Shown piece by piece: positions 37,962 through 51,800 of a DNA stretch of 64,000 nt; positions within the stretch are counted from its first letter, which is position 1; the number at the start of each line of letters is the position of its first letter. The stretch covers positions 1,857,417 to 1,921,416 of the forward strand of contig NW_002060945.1 of the NCBI RefSeq assembly GCF_000150275.1, given 5' to 3'. The DNA comes from Trichoplax adhaerens. Taxonomy: Eukaryota > Animalia > Placozoa. Under the pieces are notes generated by a model. The model searched no databases and was not told the DNA's origin. It saw only the letters and a program-made list of their open reading frames with translations. Position numbers and translations under genes: made by a program.

Positions 37962-39804
37962 ATTGTCAAGGCTTCGCGTGAATATACTGGGACTAGCAAT
38001 TCACTCTATGCTAATGCTCCGTGTAAACTCGCTGGCAGTAGTAATTTACACTACGCATATTCCTATATTAGCGTGTCTGCCACGTAAATTAGTGATATCA
38101 CACGTACTTGACATGAAAATTCATGTTTACTGATACGATAACGGAGTATAATAATAATAATAAAATATGTACTACCGCCTAGTAAAAATGTCAACACCAT
38201 TTAGAAATTGTTAAAATTATAATATTTTATATAGTTAGTTATATTATACGCTTATCTCCCTACGAAAATATTCTATATAATCAAACTAGTATGTTGTACT
38301 ATACTGGTACTATATTTCGATTATTGAAACAAATGCTACTTGTATGTGGTGTTACGTCAATAAGTTATGCTGTATACTAATAAAATGAGACTTGTATTGC
38401 AATATGCTAGTAATTGATTTGATGTGGCTGAATAACTTTTAATATTAAAGATACTTCTTGACTTGATTGCTTCAACCGATTGAATAATTTTTGACAGTAA
38501 TATCGTTTTACACTATAAAATTTCTTCCATGTGCAAACATGTTTAGCTCCAAATTTTAATGCAGTTCGGAATTGCTGTAGGCATATAGCATCTAGTCTCC
38601 CTTTAATGAACTGCATCATTTGTATTGAAGCAGTAAACACTTTAATTGGAAAGCTTCTTTACAATCTCTAGCTAGCATTACACCAACCACATAGATTCTA
38701 GAGGTTTCCTTTACATACATTAGTAATCGAAATAGGTAAAACAACATGATGTTAATGCCTCAAATGATACGTTTTATTAATTTCTGAACGATAATGTCGG
38801 AATATCATAAGTATAGCGGTGCTAATACTATCCCTGTAGACTTCTTTCATATATCAAATCATTTTAGGTTACTAAACAACTAATTGCAGCAAAATGCAAT
38901 CCGCATAGGCTATTACAGCTTAATAAATTCGATACAATACTAATATATACGCGTACGCGTATAGTATTCTACTGCCTATCACATTATTGTACCAAAAGTG
39001 GAGTATTCATATATGATATTACTGGTACTGTCTAATCGCGAATACTATTCTTTGGCTTTAGGATAGTAAATTTAGACAGAAAGTGGCATAGTAATAGCAA
39101 TCGTATCTAATAAATTGTAAAAATTTTGCTTCCTAAGTCAAAGACTTCCATACAGTAGTGCGTACAAATAAACATTGCTCTTTATCTTACATTTTCGCTA
39201 GTAATATTCTAATAAATTATTGCAGCTTCGCTGTTGACATTGAACTGTTGCAAAAGTACAATGATATCTAATGAAACAACATATAAAATAGCATTGAAGA
39301 ATTAGCCCAATAACAAATTTACATGCAAAAATGTAAGTAAATCTTTAAATTTTGATATAATTGTTGTTAGAAAGAACGAAATAGCTTAATTTTATGCAGT
39401 AATGATATAAAACAGGTTAAATTCTATGATAAAGTTAATTTCTTTTACATTTCTTTTAAGAGGCACATTTAGATTTTTGCTTTATTTTTCAATAATAATA
39501 GCGACGAATCAATTTAGTTAGGACAAATTTCTTATTGGTAATTAGACGCTTAGTGTTTATAATACCTAATTTATTTCGGATCAATTTTATGTAAATGAAA
39601 GAGGAGGACAGTCTATCATAACTTTGTTATAAATCAATGTACTCTGCTACAGGTAGTGCTGTCCTGCTGTCTTGTCTTAACAATGCAGCACTCAGAGTAG
39701 AAAGCATGATACGATAGTAATTATTAATTCACATTTGTATCGAACCATTGAAAATCATTTAGTTCTTCGGCTTCGACAGTCACTTGATAATCTATCCATC
39801 AGGA

Positions 39805-42800
39805 TCATTGCAGCAAATTTTCATCTGATCCGGTCGGTGCCATTTTCTTATCTCTGGCTGATCTTTTAATCGAGCTTCTCTTACTTACTTGGTAGTTTCG
39901 CTTCGATAAAGAGTTTTTATGATTAGAATTGGATAAGCGCATCTTGGCTATTTCTCGATTTTTCTTTTCAATCTCCATTTCGGCATGTTGTAGTTGCAAA
40001 TCTAACATTTTTATTTTCAGCTGCAACATTCGCTTTTCGTCTTGCGAATCACTAAGAGTGCTCTCCAAATTCTTTATTTGCTGCAGCGATTACCAAATCA
40101 TTCCCGAAAATAAAATAATCACGAAATATTTTTAGTTTTACATGGTCTAAAGAGATATTTACTTATATATGAAAGTTATAATCAGTCTAAAGAAAATTAT
40201 AAATAAGATGGTGTCGATACAGAGATACGTAGATTTTTACTTTGAATAAGGCAGCAAGACAAAGTTACAAACTACAGATATTGTACTTATAGGTACAAAT
40301 TAATGATAATTAGTTGAGATCTTTAATTTTAGTGCATGAGAAAAATTTATTTTAAATAACTTAATTATAAAAGAAGTCTTTTAACTAGTCTGCATTTACT
40401 TTACTGCAACGGACCTCATCAACAACAGTATTTACATTGTGATCTTCTAAATTTGATATATGCGACGCATAGTTAGTTTTAAAGTTCATTTCCCGGGATA
40501 TAACAAGTTCTAACAACCCCAAATGAGATATAGCGGCATTAAATGTATCTTCGACTACTTTTATAGAAGTAGCCATAACAAACTCGCCATTAACCTAAGC
40601 AGTTTGAAAGGATTGGTAATGGTCATATATAATTAACCAGATTCATTTTAGTTCTATCTAGATATAAAACCTATGAATTTCGATAATTTGCTCAGTTGTA
40701 CACTACTATGAAAAAGATATTTATACTTATATGATAATCTTTTCATAGTACTTACTTCTACAATTTCATCACCAACTAGTAACTGACCATCTCTACCTAT
40801 AACTCCATTTTCATCAATTTTGATGATATAAATACCGCGTCTCAAAGAATATGAATCAACGTCACTGCTCGATTTCTGGCAAAATTCAATTCCAACAATG
40901 TTTGATTCTTGTTGCTGTTGATGATTATATTGATGTTGTAATATTGTTATAGCCAGGAAATGACGACGTTGACCCAAAATACTATGCAAATTTAAGGTTA
41001 GCTGCGACGTCATCAGTAGTTCCATAGCATTAAGTGGCTATTAATGAAAATATTAATATAAAGCAATGCATAAGATCTCAAATGGAAGCCATTAATCAAT
41101 AAGTAAATAATCCCTAAATTTATTTATTTATAAGAGGCAACAATCTAAATCATCTTCTGTAAGCAAGTAATTTTAGTACGACACTTATCAAAATTGATAC
41201 TTATCATTCTATTAGTTCTACTATTAACTATTAGATGAAATAATAGGCAGTAGAACGTAAAGTGACCATAGGCTATGTACATCTAGATCGATGGAGCGAA
41301 ATCCATCGTAAATTACTGTGTCAAATACAACGAGCAAGTGTTGCAATAATATATATAATCATTGTTACTTTAGTTTGCGATCCAACAGATAAAGTTTCAT
41401 TGAATTTGGCATCTTTGTTTTCTGCTTTCTTCATATCTATTTACAATCAAAAAATACAGGATAAAGTTTAAAGTTAAGTTATTCTATAGCTCTTTTGCTT
41501 CCTTTAAAAATTGCACGAGTACACAACATCAACATGAAAGAGTATAGCTCGTAGAAGGTACATACAGTACATTATGTGCAGCTATCGAGTACTCCATAAT
41601 AGAGCGATTTAATAAAATAATAAAAACGATTTTAAGTAGGGCGATAACAAAGTTATATTTTAATACCTAAAAGAGAATTGAGTGACATTTTACGTATCGG
41701 AGCAGGAAGACTAGCTTGTGGAGGACATAGCAGTTTATTTCCTTCGACAACATCATTTTCAGTTTTTTGACGGCTTTTAGTGACTTCATGAAGTTGGTTA
41801 ATATCATTTTGTTTAAGGTTTTCAGTCTCAGCTGAGTTAATTGTGACTGTCTCAATAATTTTTGGGGTTTGATTTTTCAAATCGTCTCCGTCTAATTGTT
41901 GATTAATAGATGTGGCAAATTCGGGAGGAGGATCAATAATTATTGCGGCATTAGTGATATCGAAGACCTCCTATTAAGATTTAATATGATTTTAGCTGGA
42001 GAATGTCAGGAAGTCATTTACTCTATCATTATTAAGAACAGTACCGGTAGTAGTAAAAAGTATAAACTTACTTGTTTTGGCATATTTAATATATTATACA
42101 CTTAAATTTACAGATTTTCGTTTACTTACAGTTTTTAAAATACCAGTTTAAATTTTACATTCCATAGCAAATTTAACACATAAATAGTCGCCAACTTACC
42201 GGTTGACGATCATCTTCTCCGCAACTTCCCAAATCTAAGGTATCAATACTAACATTTGCTAAAGAGCCTGCACAAGGCGATGTTGTTGAGCTTGAGACTG
42301 GTGTACACTGACCGCTGACTTGATATCCACTATCACCATCGTTGTTTGTATGAGTAGTTGCGAGAGTAATATCTTGAATACCGGTAACGATTTTCTTGAA
42401 AACTTTATCATGGAATTGCTCAGAACATCTTCTGCATCTTTTCTCAGAATGGGGATTTCTATAGATAATCGAGCTCTGATTAGAGCTGCTGCCGCCATTG
42501 CTTTCAAACCCGTCATAATCAATCTTGAATTTAAGTGCATACATTTTAAAATTTGTCAGATACGCTAATAGATCATAGAAAAAATTTCAACTTGTATAGT
42601 AATAGCTCAAACTGTCGTCTCACTAATTAGAACAATGTACCATCGAGTGTTAATTATTTAATCTTGCAACTGTTAGAAGATAATTTATGCCGATAAAATA
42701 GAAGTCGACTAACAATCTTTGCAACACACTATACGGTTCATGTTGTATAGGCGTTATAATAAGGCGTACAAAAGCTAAGATTCTTCTGTTTCATGGTTAT

Positions 42801-45800
42801 GTGCCTGATTTGGTTTTTGATTGATTATTCACATTAGAGAATTTGTGATTATCGACAGCATGGATTTTAGCAATTATAGTATAAAATTCAGAAATATATT
42901 TTCAAATATGAACACATTACTGCCTATTAAGCATAGTTCTTTATAATTATAAATTTGAACTGTATTTTCTTCCTGTATATATGCTCTTATTTAATGCCAG
43001 ATAACGTAAATTCGGTAAAGTAATAGGATAAATTTTAAATTTAATTATACGTAAAGCATCTTGTAAACGAACTTACAGAAGCGCTTTTTGCATTAGATGA
43101 AATCTTTGGCGGCCTTGCTAATCGTGCTCTTCTTAACAATTGTAAGTTTGCACCATCCGAATTATCAGGTTGATATTTTCCCTAAGAATATTGGATATCT
43201 GTTAAGCTTACTCAACCACTTAGAGCATTTATTGTTAAGAAAATTAAAGTAATTGTGCAACACCAAACATTATAGGATGTAGTAACATGGAATAGCTAGA
43301 ATGAAAAATACATGTATACTTTTAAAATTCTTTTAAGTGAGGAAGATTCTATGTTACGTAATTTACTTGATCAAAATCATATGCTTTACGACAAAGATGT
43401 AAGGTAGCGTTCGCGCTTTTGCCCCATATATCTTGAATGGCTACTGGACATTCATCATCCATAATTATTCTATCAACTATAAATAAGAGAAATGATATCA
43501 AATCTATATTTGTGTCGTCTTGATTATGCAATTGTGCTAAGCTATATAACGTTACTAAATTTGAATTTCAGATTGTAATTCAGTACAATTCTACATACTG
43601 CGATGCTTTTGTGATACTTCATGTAAACAAAAGTGATTGGGGCTTTCATTGGATTTATACGACGCCAGAACCATTCGAACAACATTATAAGCCTTCGTTT
43701 CTTCAGATACGATTAAGGTTTTATAATCAGCCTTTTGTTAATAAGAAAGATCACAAAACAAGACGGCTTAAAAGTATTAATTCGAATCCAAAGATATAGA
43801 GCAATCAAACTTAATCAACGTAATACCGTATAAGTTTGAGCACCTGTAGAAACTACGTATTATTATAATACTTATGTGAAAAGCAGTAGCTGATATAGGA
43901 AAAGATTTGTAAATTCTGTCAATATACTGGTAATATGTTCATTAAACAGGTATAACTCTAAGCTGTACGTGCGGAAGAGTTAAAGGCACTCAATCAAGCT
44001 ACTCTCGCCATACGTGTAGTAGATTAGAACAACGGTAATATTTAACTGATTAAAGATCATACGAAATGTTAGAATTTCAGATTATTATCTGCATCTATAA
44101 GTCACAAGAAATTGGAGCTTAAGTGCGAACACCAGATAATAGTAATTATAAGAAGTATACAGGTCGACATTTAGACATTAGCTTATCTAACTAATTAAAA
44201 TCATAATCCATTCAGTTACAAATGCAAACTACCTCCGGTGCTAGAACATAACCATAAATTTTAATTAATTTTCCTTCTTTTACCGCTAACTGAAAGCTAG
44301 ATAGAAAAATTATATACGTCGGTCAATATCAAAACCTTCAAATATTCAACTCAGAATCATGTTTAGAAGCTCTTAAAATTTCAGCAATACTTTTCAATCT
44401 TAACATTACTTACGAAGGCTTTGCATGGGCCGTAGTAGATAAAATTTCTAAGATTAAGCTATCATTTTCGAGAGATATCCACTTAAGTTCCGCTGTTTAA
44501 ATGCAAATATAATATTTCTAGTTAAAAATTTGTTACAAAACCTACTGCGATAAAAATCCTATGATATGTTTTCAGTTTTCACTTTCACTAATTCGTTTAT
44601 TACCACGGCTTTATAATTATTATTGACATGCTTGTACTGGCGATTTTTATGTACGCTAAGATTTAATTACTTTTAGCTTGTTTAAGATAACGTATTTAAA
44701 TTGACGAACACAGAACATATCTTATAAAGGTTACTATGCAAGAAAAGTCGATAGATCTTTAACTAGAATTTTTCGTATAAGATTTTAAAGATTTTCAGAT
44801 ATTAGGCTTTTTAAAGCGACTTTCGTCAGCAACAAAAAATTTTGAAGTATTTCAAGATGTTACTTATGAATACTAGAATTTTTGAACTAATTCATACAAG
44901 TCGATTTAATTTAGTTAATGGATGTCTAGCTGAAGTTGGAAAAGAATTTACTCTATTCGCAGAATGCAAGTTTAGCAAGTTGTAAACAATATGTAGCTAG
45001 TTCAGTTGATGCGCTTCTAAAATTGCTCTTACCATCTTCTTGCTGCTTAACTTCCATTTTTAAGTAGTATAAATTAATGTCCCTCGTATTTACGGTATAC
45101 TCTTTCATGACCATATTAACGACGTCCTTGCTATGAAATGCAATGATAATAAAACAAATTATCGTTTTTCAACTTAGTAATATCGTATCTAATCTGTATA
45201 TAATCATCTGCAGATATTACAATGGTGCCTGAAGCAATATAGGTATAGGGGTATTCATAAGTGCAGATGCTACGTAATATGACTTCAGTCACTTATCTGA
45301 CATGAAATAAGCATTTATAATTTTACAGTGGGTATTTAGTACGATAGGAATAACCTGAATTAGGATCAATATCTTTAGGATATTTCGAATATTAATCCAC
45401 AAAATAGCGAGTATGCGATCTTTTTTGTTTAAATAAAAGCGCGTTATTTTAATTCAGTAAAGATTAATGTTGCATATATTGTATTTAAAGTCCGAAAAGT
45501 GTAGTAGGTCTGCAGTTCAATATTGGTAAAGTTAATATCTATATATTAGTATTTTATACATCTAAAGTTTACCGTTAAGTGGATTAGAGTATTGTAAATT
45601 TGAGATAGTATTTTCTTTCGCCTAAGTATCTTGATTAGTACGATATTGACTTTTATATATTTGAGATGATTTATCTCATACTTCTTTGGGCGCTTGTATG
45701 ACTGTAGCGCCTCTGCTAGATTTCGTCAGTGATTATTAGTAAAACAATACTCGAGATAGAAGTACTTGGTACCGTCCAATAATATAGAAATTTGTATAGA

Positions 45801-48800
45801 GATTGTAAAGTCTTAAGTAGCTAAGGATAATTATCCGGTTTATCTTAGTCACTTTCAGCTGTTCTTATAGAGCGGAGAAATAATTCTACGACTGACCTCC
45901 AAAACGCATTTTGCATAGCGGTTTAATAAACCTTAGAAATTTGAAGACTATACTATATCGGCTATCATTATTGTGATACAGGATAGTGTCTTGTGAACTA
46001 TAGCAAAGAGACCGAATTTAATCGAAGTACAGTAAGCTAGATCTTACAATGACCCTTTAATGTTATCATAAGTTTTAATCCGTAAAAACTTTGAAGGAAA
46101 TGACATAGATGCTGTTGTTACGAATTAGAAAAATTTTAATTGATTTAAAATGCTTGATGAGCAACAATAATTTATAAAACTTGTATATTTGTCTGATGAC
46201 CTAACTAAGCAATCATATTTCTGCTTGAAACTATAATCATTGGTATTAGATCTCTATAATACAACTAAATATTATTAACTAAAACATTATTATTTATAAT
46301 GTACGACACAAACTCAGTTACGCATTTGATTATTACGATGAGATATCGGTTAGTACTATTGCATGCAGTTATGGAACGCCATTGTTCTTGTTTTCAACTT
46401 ATAACTGTACTAATATCTACAATAAAGTTCAGTGGATATAATAAATTATAAAATTCCCTATAATTTACACATATTGTGTTTTCTGTTAATATGGAATTTC
46501 GCATTAACTTGGAATACATCGTTGCTTATAGTCTATAATATTAGTACCCATGCAAGGGGGCACAATAACTTTGACAATATACTGTAGTTAATATGTATGA
46601 TTTCGATTTTGCTAGATTTGCTATGACAGCTAATAAATCCATTTAGTTATCTTTAGGCCATAGAATCGGAATTTTTAAATATTTTGAAGCATTTAAGACT
46701 AGTTGAAGCTGGTAATAAATGGAATTACTTATATTCCAGTATATGTTGAAGACTATATTGGTAGTTCAAAGTAATTTATAAGTCATTACAATGATACTTT
46801 CATATGTGTTAGAGAGTAAACTAGAGTAGTGTTATTGCTACGACTAATAGCGGTACGTATCTTTCACGATCATTTGCTTATGATACAAGGAGCTACTATA
46901 TTTATTCTGTAAGATTCTATTGTTTATAGCCAGTAGTTAAGAATATTTTATTAAATAAGAAATGTCTAAGTAGGTAAAAAGGCTCTTAAAATAACACTAT
47001 TTTTAGTATGACGAGGCAAAGTTGATGCTGCTACAATTACTAATCGCTGTTGAGATACGAAAGCGTACCTCATTTTAATATTTATCAGAAATAAGTAGTA
47101 ACGTTCGTTAAATGGAGTATCGTACCGATATGACTTTTCTATCGTAGAAGTTGAATTATGCTAATAAAACTAGGCAATATCACGATAATATTTGATGATT
47201 CTGTCAAACAATGTACACTAAAGATCGTAAAATGAGATTTAAGGTTACATTTCAAGTGAGCTTACCTTGTAGTTTTACTACCAACAATCAGGTTTATTAT
47301 TTGATCGTTTTGAAAGAGTATTTTCGTATCAATACGGATGGACAGGGGCGTATATTCCATCTTTCGTGTAACGTATATTGAAAGATAGGTATAAATAGAT
47401 TGATTAATAAGATAGTGATAAAATTTGGGGTGGGTTAGAGAACAGTAATGATATCTTGGTTATGCCTTTATAATTTTAATTAGATACTTCAGGGGAGACA
47501 CTGTCTACTAGTAGGTGATATTCAGTTGACATACCATGTTTGATTGACATAGACTGAGTAAAAAAATTAACACTGAAGGATTATTAATTAATTATCTACG
47601 ACCAGCCAATACTAAACTGATAATTCCAACTACTTTGGGTATTAGAAACTTCTAACATTTCATAATTTAATGATAACAGTTACCGTAATAAAAGATTGCT
47701 TATAATTATAATTATCAGCAACATCAATTTCAATAGCGATAGTAGTGTAATAATGCTATAAGGAAGTAACCATTATTTGATATCAAATTCAAAATTCTAT
47801 TAAATAATATCTAATATAATTGCTATGCTTATTACGTATCTGGATTGTACATCACGTAAAGATTTTATTAATTAGCAACGATTACTATTATTTATTATTA
47901 TTAGGATAATTAAAATATTTAATTTAGCCAATTGCTTTATGTTGCAAGAGCAAATATAAACAGCAAGATGGCAGCAACGAATAACCTATTGTCAACTGTA
48001 GATGAAAGTAATTAACAACCAGATGAATAGCGCACTAAAAAACACTGTAAATTAGTATGTATATAGATAAAACTCAAAATTTAAATTGTTTCAGCGGTTG
48101 TGTGCGAAGTAAATAAATTGTGCTTTTATAAGATTAGAATATCAGTTCAAACATTACGTAAACGCAAATTCCTGCAGGATATTTGGATACGAATTACTTA
48201 TGCTTGCAAAGATTTTATCATGATGTATCCTAATTTCAGGGTGCTTATTTCAATTTGGATCCTAGCACAACTCCGATCAGAAAAATTTCGAAGCGATATT
48301 TATATTATGAATTGGCTGCTTTTTCAGAGCTAAGGAAACCATTTGTAATATCAGTTCAAACATTATGTAAACACGAATGCCGGCAAGATATTTTGATGCG
48401 AATTATAGAACTAAGGAAACTAATTGTCTAATGGTTAAAATGGATATCATTAAACATTAATGGCTTTCTATTTATTGATTTAGCAAGAAAATTTATAACC
48501 GCTATTATTAGCTATAGAATTCTATTTCCAATGTCATCACCTTCAAAGAAGGAATAATAATAAGTAATTTATTAACCTGCTTTGCTGCTATTCTTTAGTA
48601 AATATTAATGCTATTACCCATATTGGTAATTAGTATATATTACTGTCCTGCTTCCGCTTAGCCATAAATATTTCTATTACACATTCATTATATATGTTGG
48701 ACGTAAAATGATATTTAATACGATACCACTTCATTTTTATAAGTAACACATGCGCAAGAGGTCTCCGCATAGTAAACGTTTCACTTTAACAGCCATTATG

Positions 48801-51800
48801 AGCACGACGAAGAAAAAACAAATATTAATATTATACAAGTGTTGATATCACTACCTTACAAATGTGTAACAGCAGAGATGAAGTATGCCGGATTAATTCG
48901 CGAATAATCAAAACGGATGATGTAATATACTATTGAGATAATACAATATGCTTAATGACGCTTTGGGTAAAATTGTTGAAGGTAGTGTTATGCATCTATT
49001 CAAAGACAGCAAGCGCAGATTTGTATCTTGCTTTATGAAAAAATGGATGTTTGCATAAGACAAATTAATTAAAACTTTTCATTCCATACCGATCGTCTAT
49101 GAGTAGTATGATTATTCTTGATTATACTACGGCAAGCAACTTCACGAGTATAGCGTGATGAAATGTACTACGTATATTATCACATAGGATCATAATAGGA
49201 TGAAAACCATAACGAATCCACAAGTATTGAGAACAAGAATCTTAATGTGACATATCTACGCGTACGTATATAATACATTTACGAATGGAAATACATGAGG
49301 GATCTAGGTAAAAGGATTGATGGTTCTACCCCTTCCTGATTAATAAGAGTAGTAGATTACACACAGTGTAATCAGTAAGCATCCTACTTCAGTATAAGGC
49401 CTAAATCTTACGAAGCTTATATTTCTACTTAATGTAATCACAACTGATTAAAATAGTAGCCCAGTAAATAGCTTATGACTTTAGGGTAAAAATTCTCGAA
49501 AAAATCGTAACGGTTTCCGAAAATAAAAATAAGTGATGGGTTAATATTGAAGTTAAATTTGTTAGCCAATGGAGTAATTATCGACGACTCTTGCTAATGA
49601 GGTATTAGACACAGTGCGCAAATAATACAATAAGAAGCAAGCAAATGCACGAATTATGTATAGGATTCTATTGTAAAGTTGAAGTATATCGATGATATGA
49701 ATGTCATCTCCTACATATAGGAAACAGTTTTCGATAGATGTTTTTAGTCCGAAAAAAATAGCAGTGGGTTCACCATGCCAAGTTGAAGACTGTGTTTAAT
49801 GAAAGCTTAAACTTAAAGTAAAGGATTTAGTTGCCTAATATCAAAAGCGAATCAACTTTGAATTTGACTACAGCAGATAGTGATAGCTAGTTAAAAAGAA
49901 GACGCACTCTATTATTATACGCATAGAATTGCTTTTAAGTTATTGAATTAAGGAAACTAGTAATTTAGTAATTATGCTGCTTGAGCTATTATGTATTAAG
50001 CTGCAACAGGCTAAGTACCAGTACCGTACTATAGTAGTTAAATAATGTACTAGATGACGTTTATGACTTAGAAAAATCAGCAATTATTTTGATTAAACTC
50101 AGACATTAAGCTCTAATTGTCCTTAGCTCTGATTTTATGTTGGTTTATTGTTGTGTGAGCGAAAATAAGTATGACATAAATTAATGATATCAGGGAATTC
50201 ACTAGTTTTCTTATATGTATTTGTCAAGGTATGAATTTTCATGAAGAATTAAATGACTAAATTTGCCGAATTTAATATTATTTATGACGATTGCAATGAA
50301 TTACTTATAGCAGAAATGACTGAAGTTACAATTTATTACAGTAAATTACTAGCAACATCCCCGTCGCATTGCTGAAGGTCTCCCTTATGTGTATTGTACG
50401 TGTACATTTTATTACATTAAGGTTTAGATCCTAGTTCGTCGCGATTTCAATCGTATATTTTACTGTATTGTATCTAATATTACTCTGTAGTAGTCTGTAC
50501 ATTCACGATAGCAAGAATGATTGTCGACGTTCCTCCTACAGTCTCCTCATGTGTTCTATTCCCAAAGCTATAAATACCACTGATTCCTGCTTCAGGTTTC
50601 AATTGTTGCGGTTACTTAGTATTTTAATGTTTCTTAACTTTCTTATAACGGCTTGTAGGTTACTGTACGATAACTATACCATCTCAATATTACACGATTC
50701 ATAATCTACAACAAGAAATTTATTTCTACTAGATATGTTTGTGCTAGTTTCTGAAAGGCTACTAAGGCTACTTCTCTTGAATTATTGAACCCAATATGAA
50801 ACTAGTCTAACCTAAAAATAACTATGACAATTAGATCATATTGATAAAATATTGATCATATCTAGATAGTATCAATGCTAGTTGAAATGAATGAAGTAAC
50901 ATTAAAATGAAAGCGTTAAATTGAATATATCCAGGATAAGCAGATTTCGAATAAATATCCAAAAGAGCAATTACCATTACCGGAGTTTGAAATTTCACTA
51001 TTTAATCGAATTAAATGCTCACTCAATGTAATGGTGTAATAACCAAATCCAATTACTTTCTTAGTTCTATACACAATACTTATTCTAATTACTACTTAGA
51101 AGCTCTCTTTAAAGAGTTCGCTAATTCACGTTCTTAGCAAGATACAAAAAACTATGTTCTACTAGTGGTACACATATAACTAACAAAATCATTATCAGTA
51201 TGAAACCTCTTAATCGTACAGATTCTGCGTGTGTATAAGCTATATTATTGAAGCCGATAACGTCTAGAATGGATGATGTTATAGCTGGATTACAATAGCG
51301 AACTTACAATGTCATTGTACTTAAACGATCCTAGCGCTATTTTCAGGTTTATAAATATAATTATTCTTACAATATTAAACTTATTATATGACTATTTTTC
51401 TTATAAATTGAGTCTTCATGGCATATCGCTATCATGGCATCTTTATTCGGCACAATGACTCCTCAAATTTATAGAGGTATTTATTTACTTAACTCGAACA
51501 AAGATTTTGTTATAACTAAATATTATTCTTTCGCGTATTTTTCTAACTTGCAATGTGTTAATGCAATATAGATGTATGATTTGTTATTGTCATTATGGTT
51601 GGTGGATTATTCATTAAGCGAAATTCAGGTGTATACTTTTAAGAATTCCGCTTTCGGCTAGGTGTGAGGGTATTTGTGAGACAATGTAATATCCGCTAGG
51701 CCTGATTTAAAGTACAGTACAAAAGCTGCCCGTAATATCATAAGATTCGTTATATCAATATCAACAGCAAACATAATCATGCTTAGGTTTCCATATAGCA

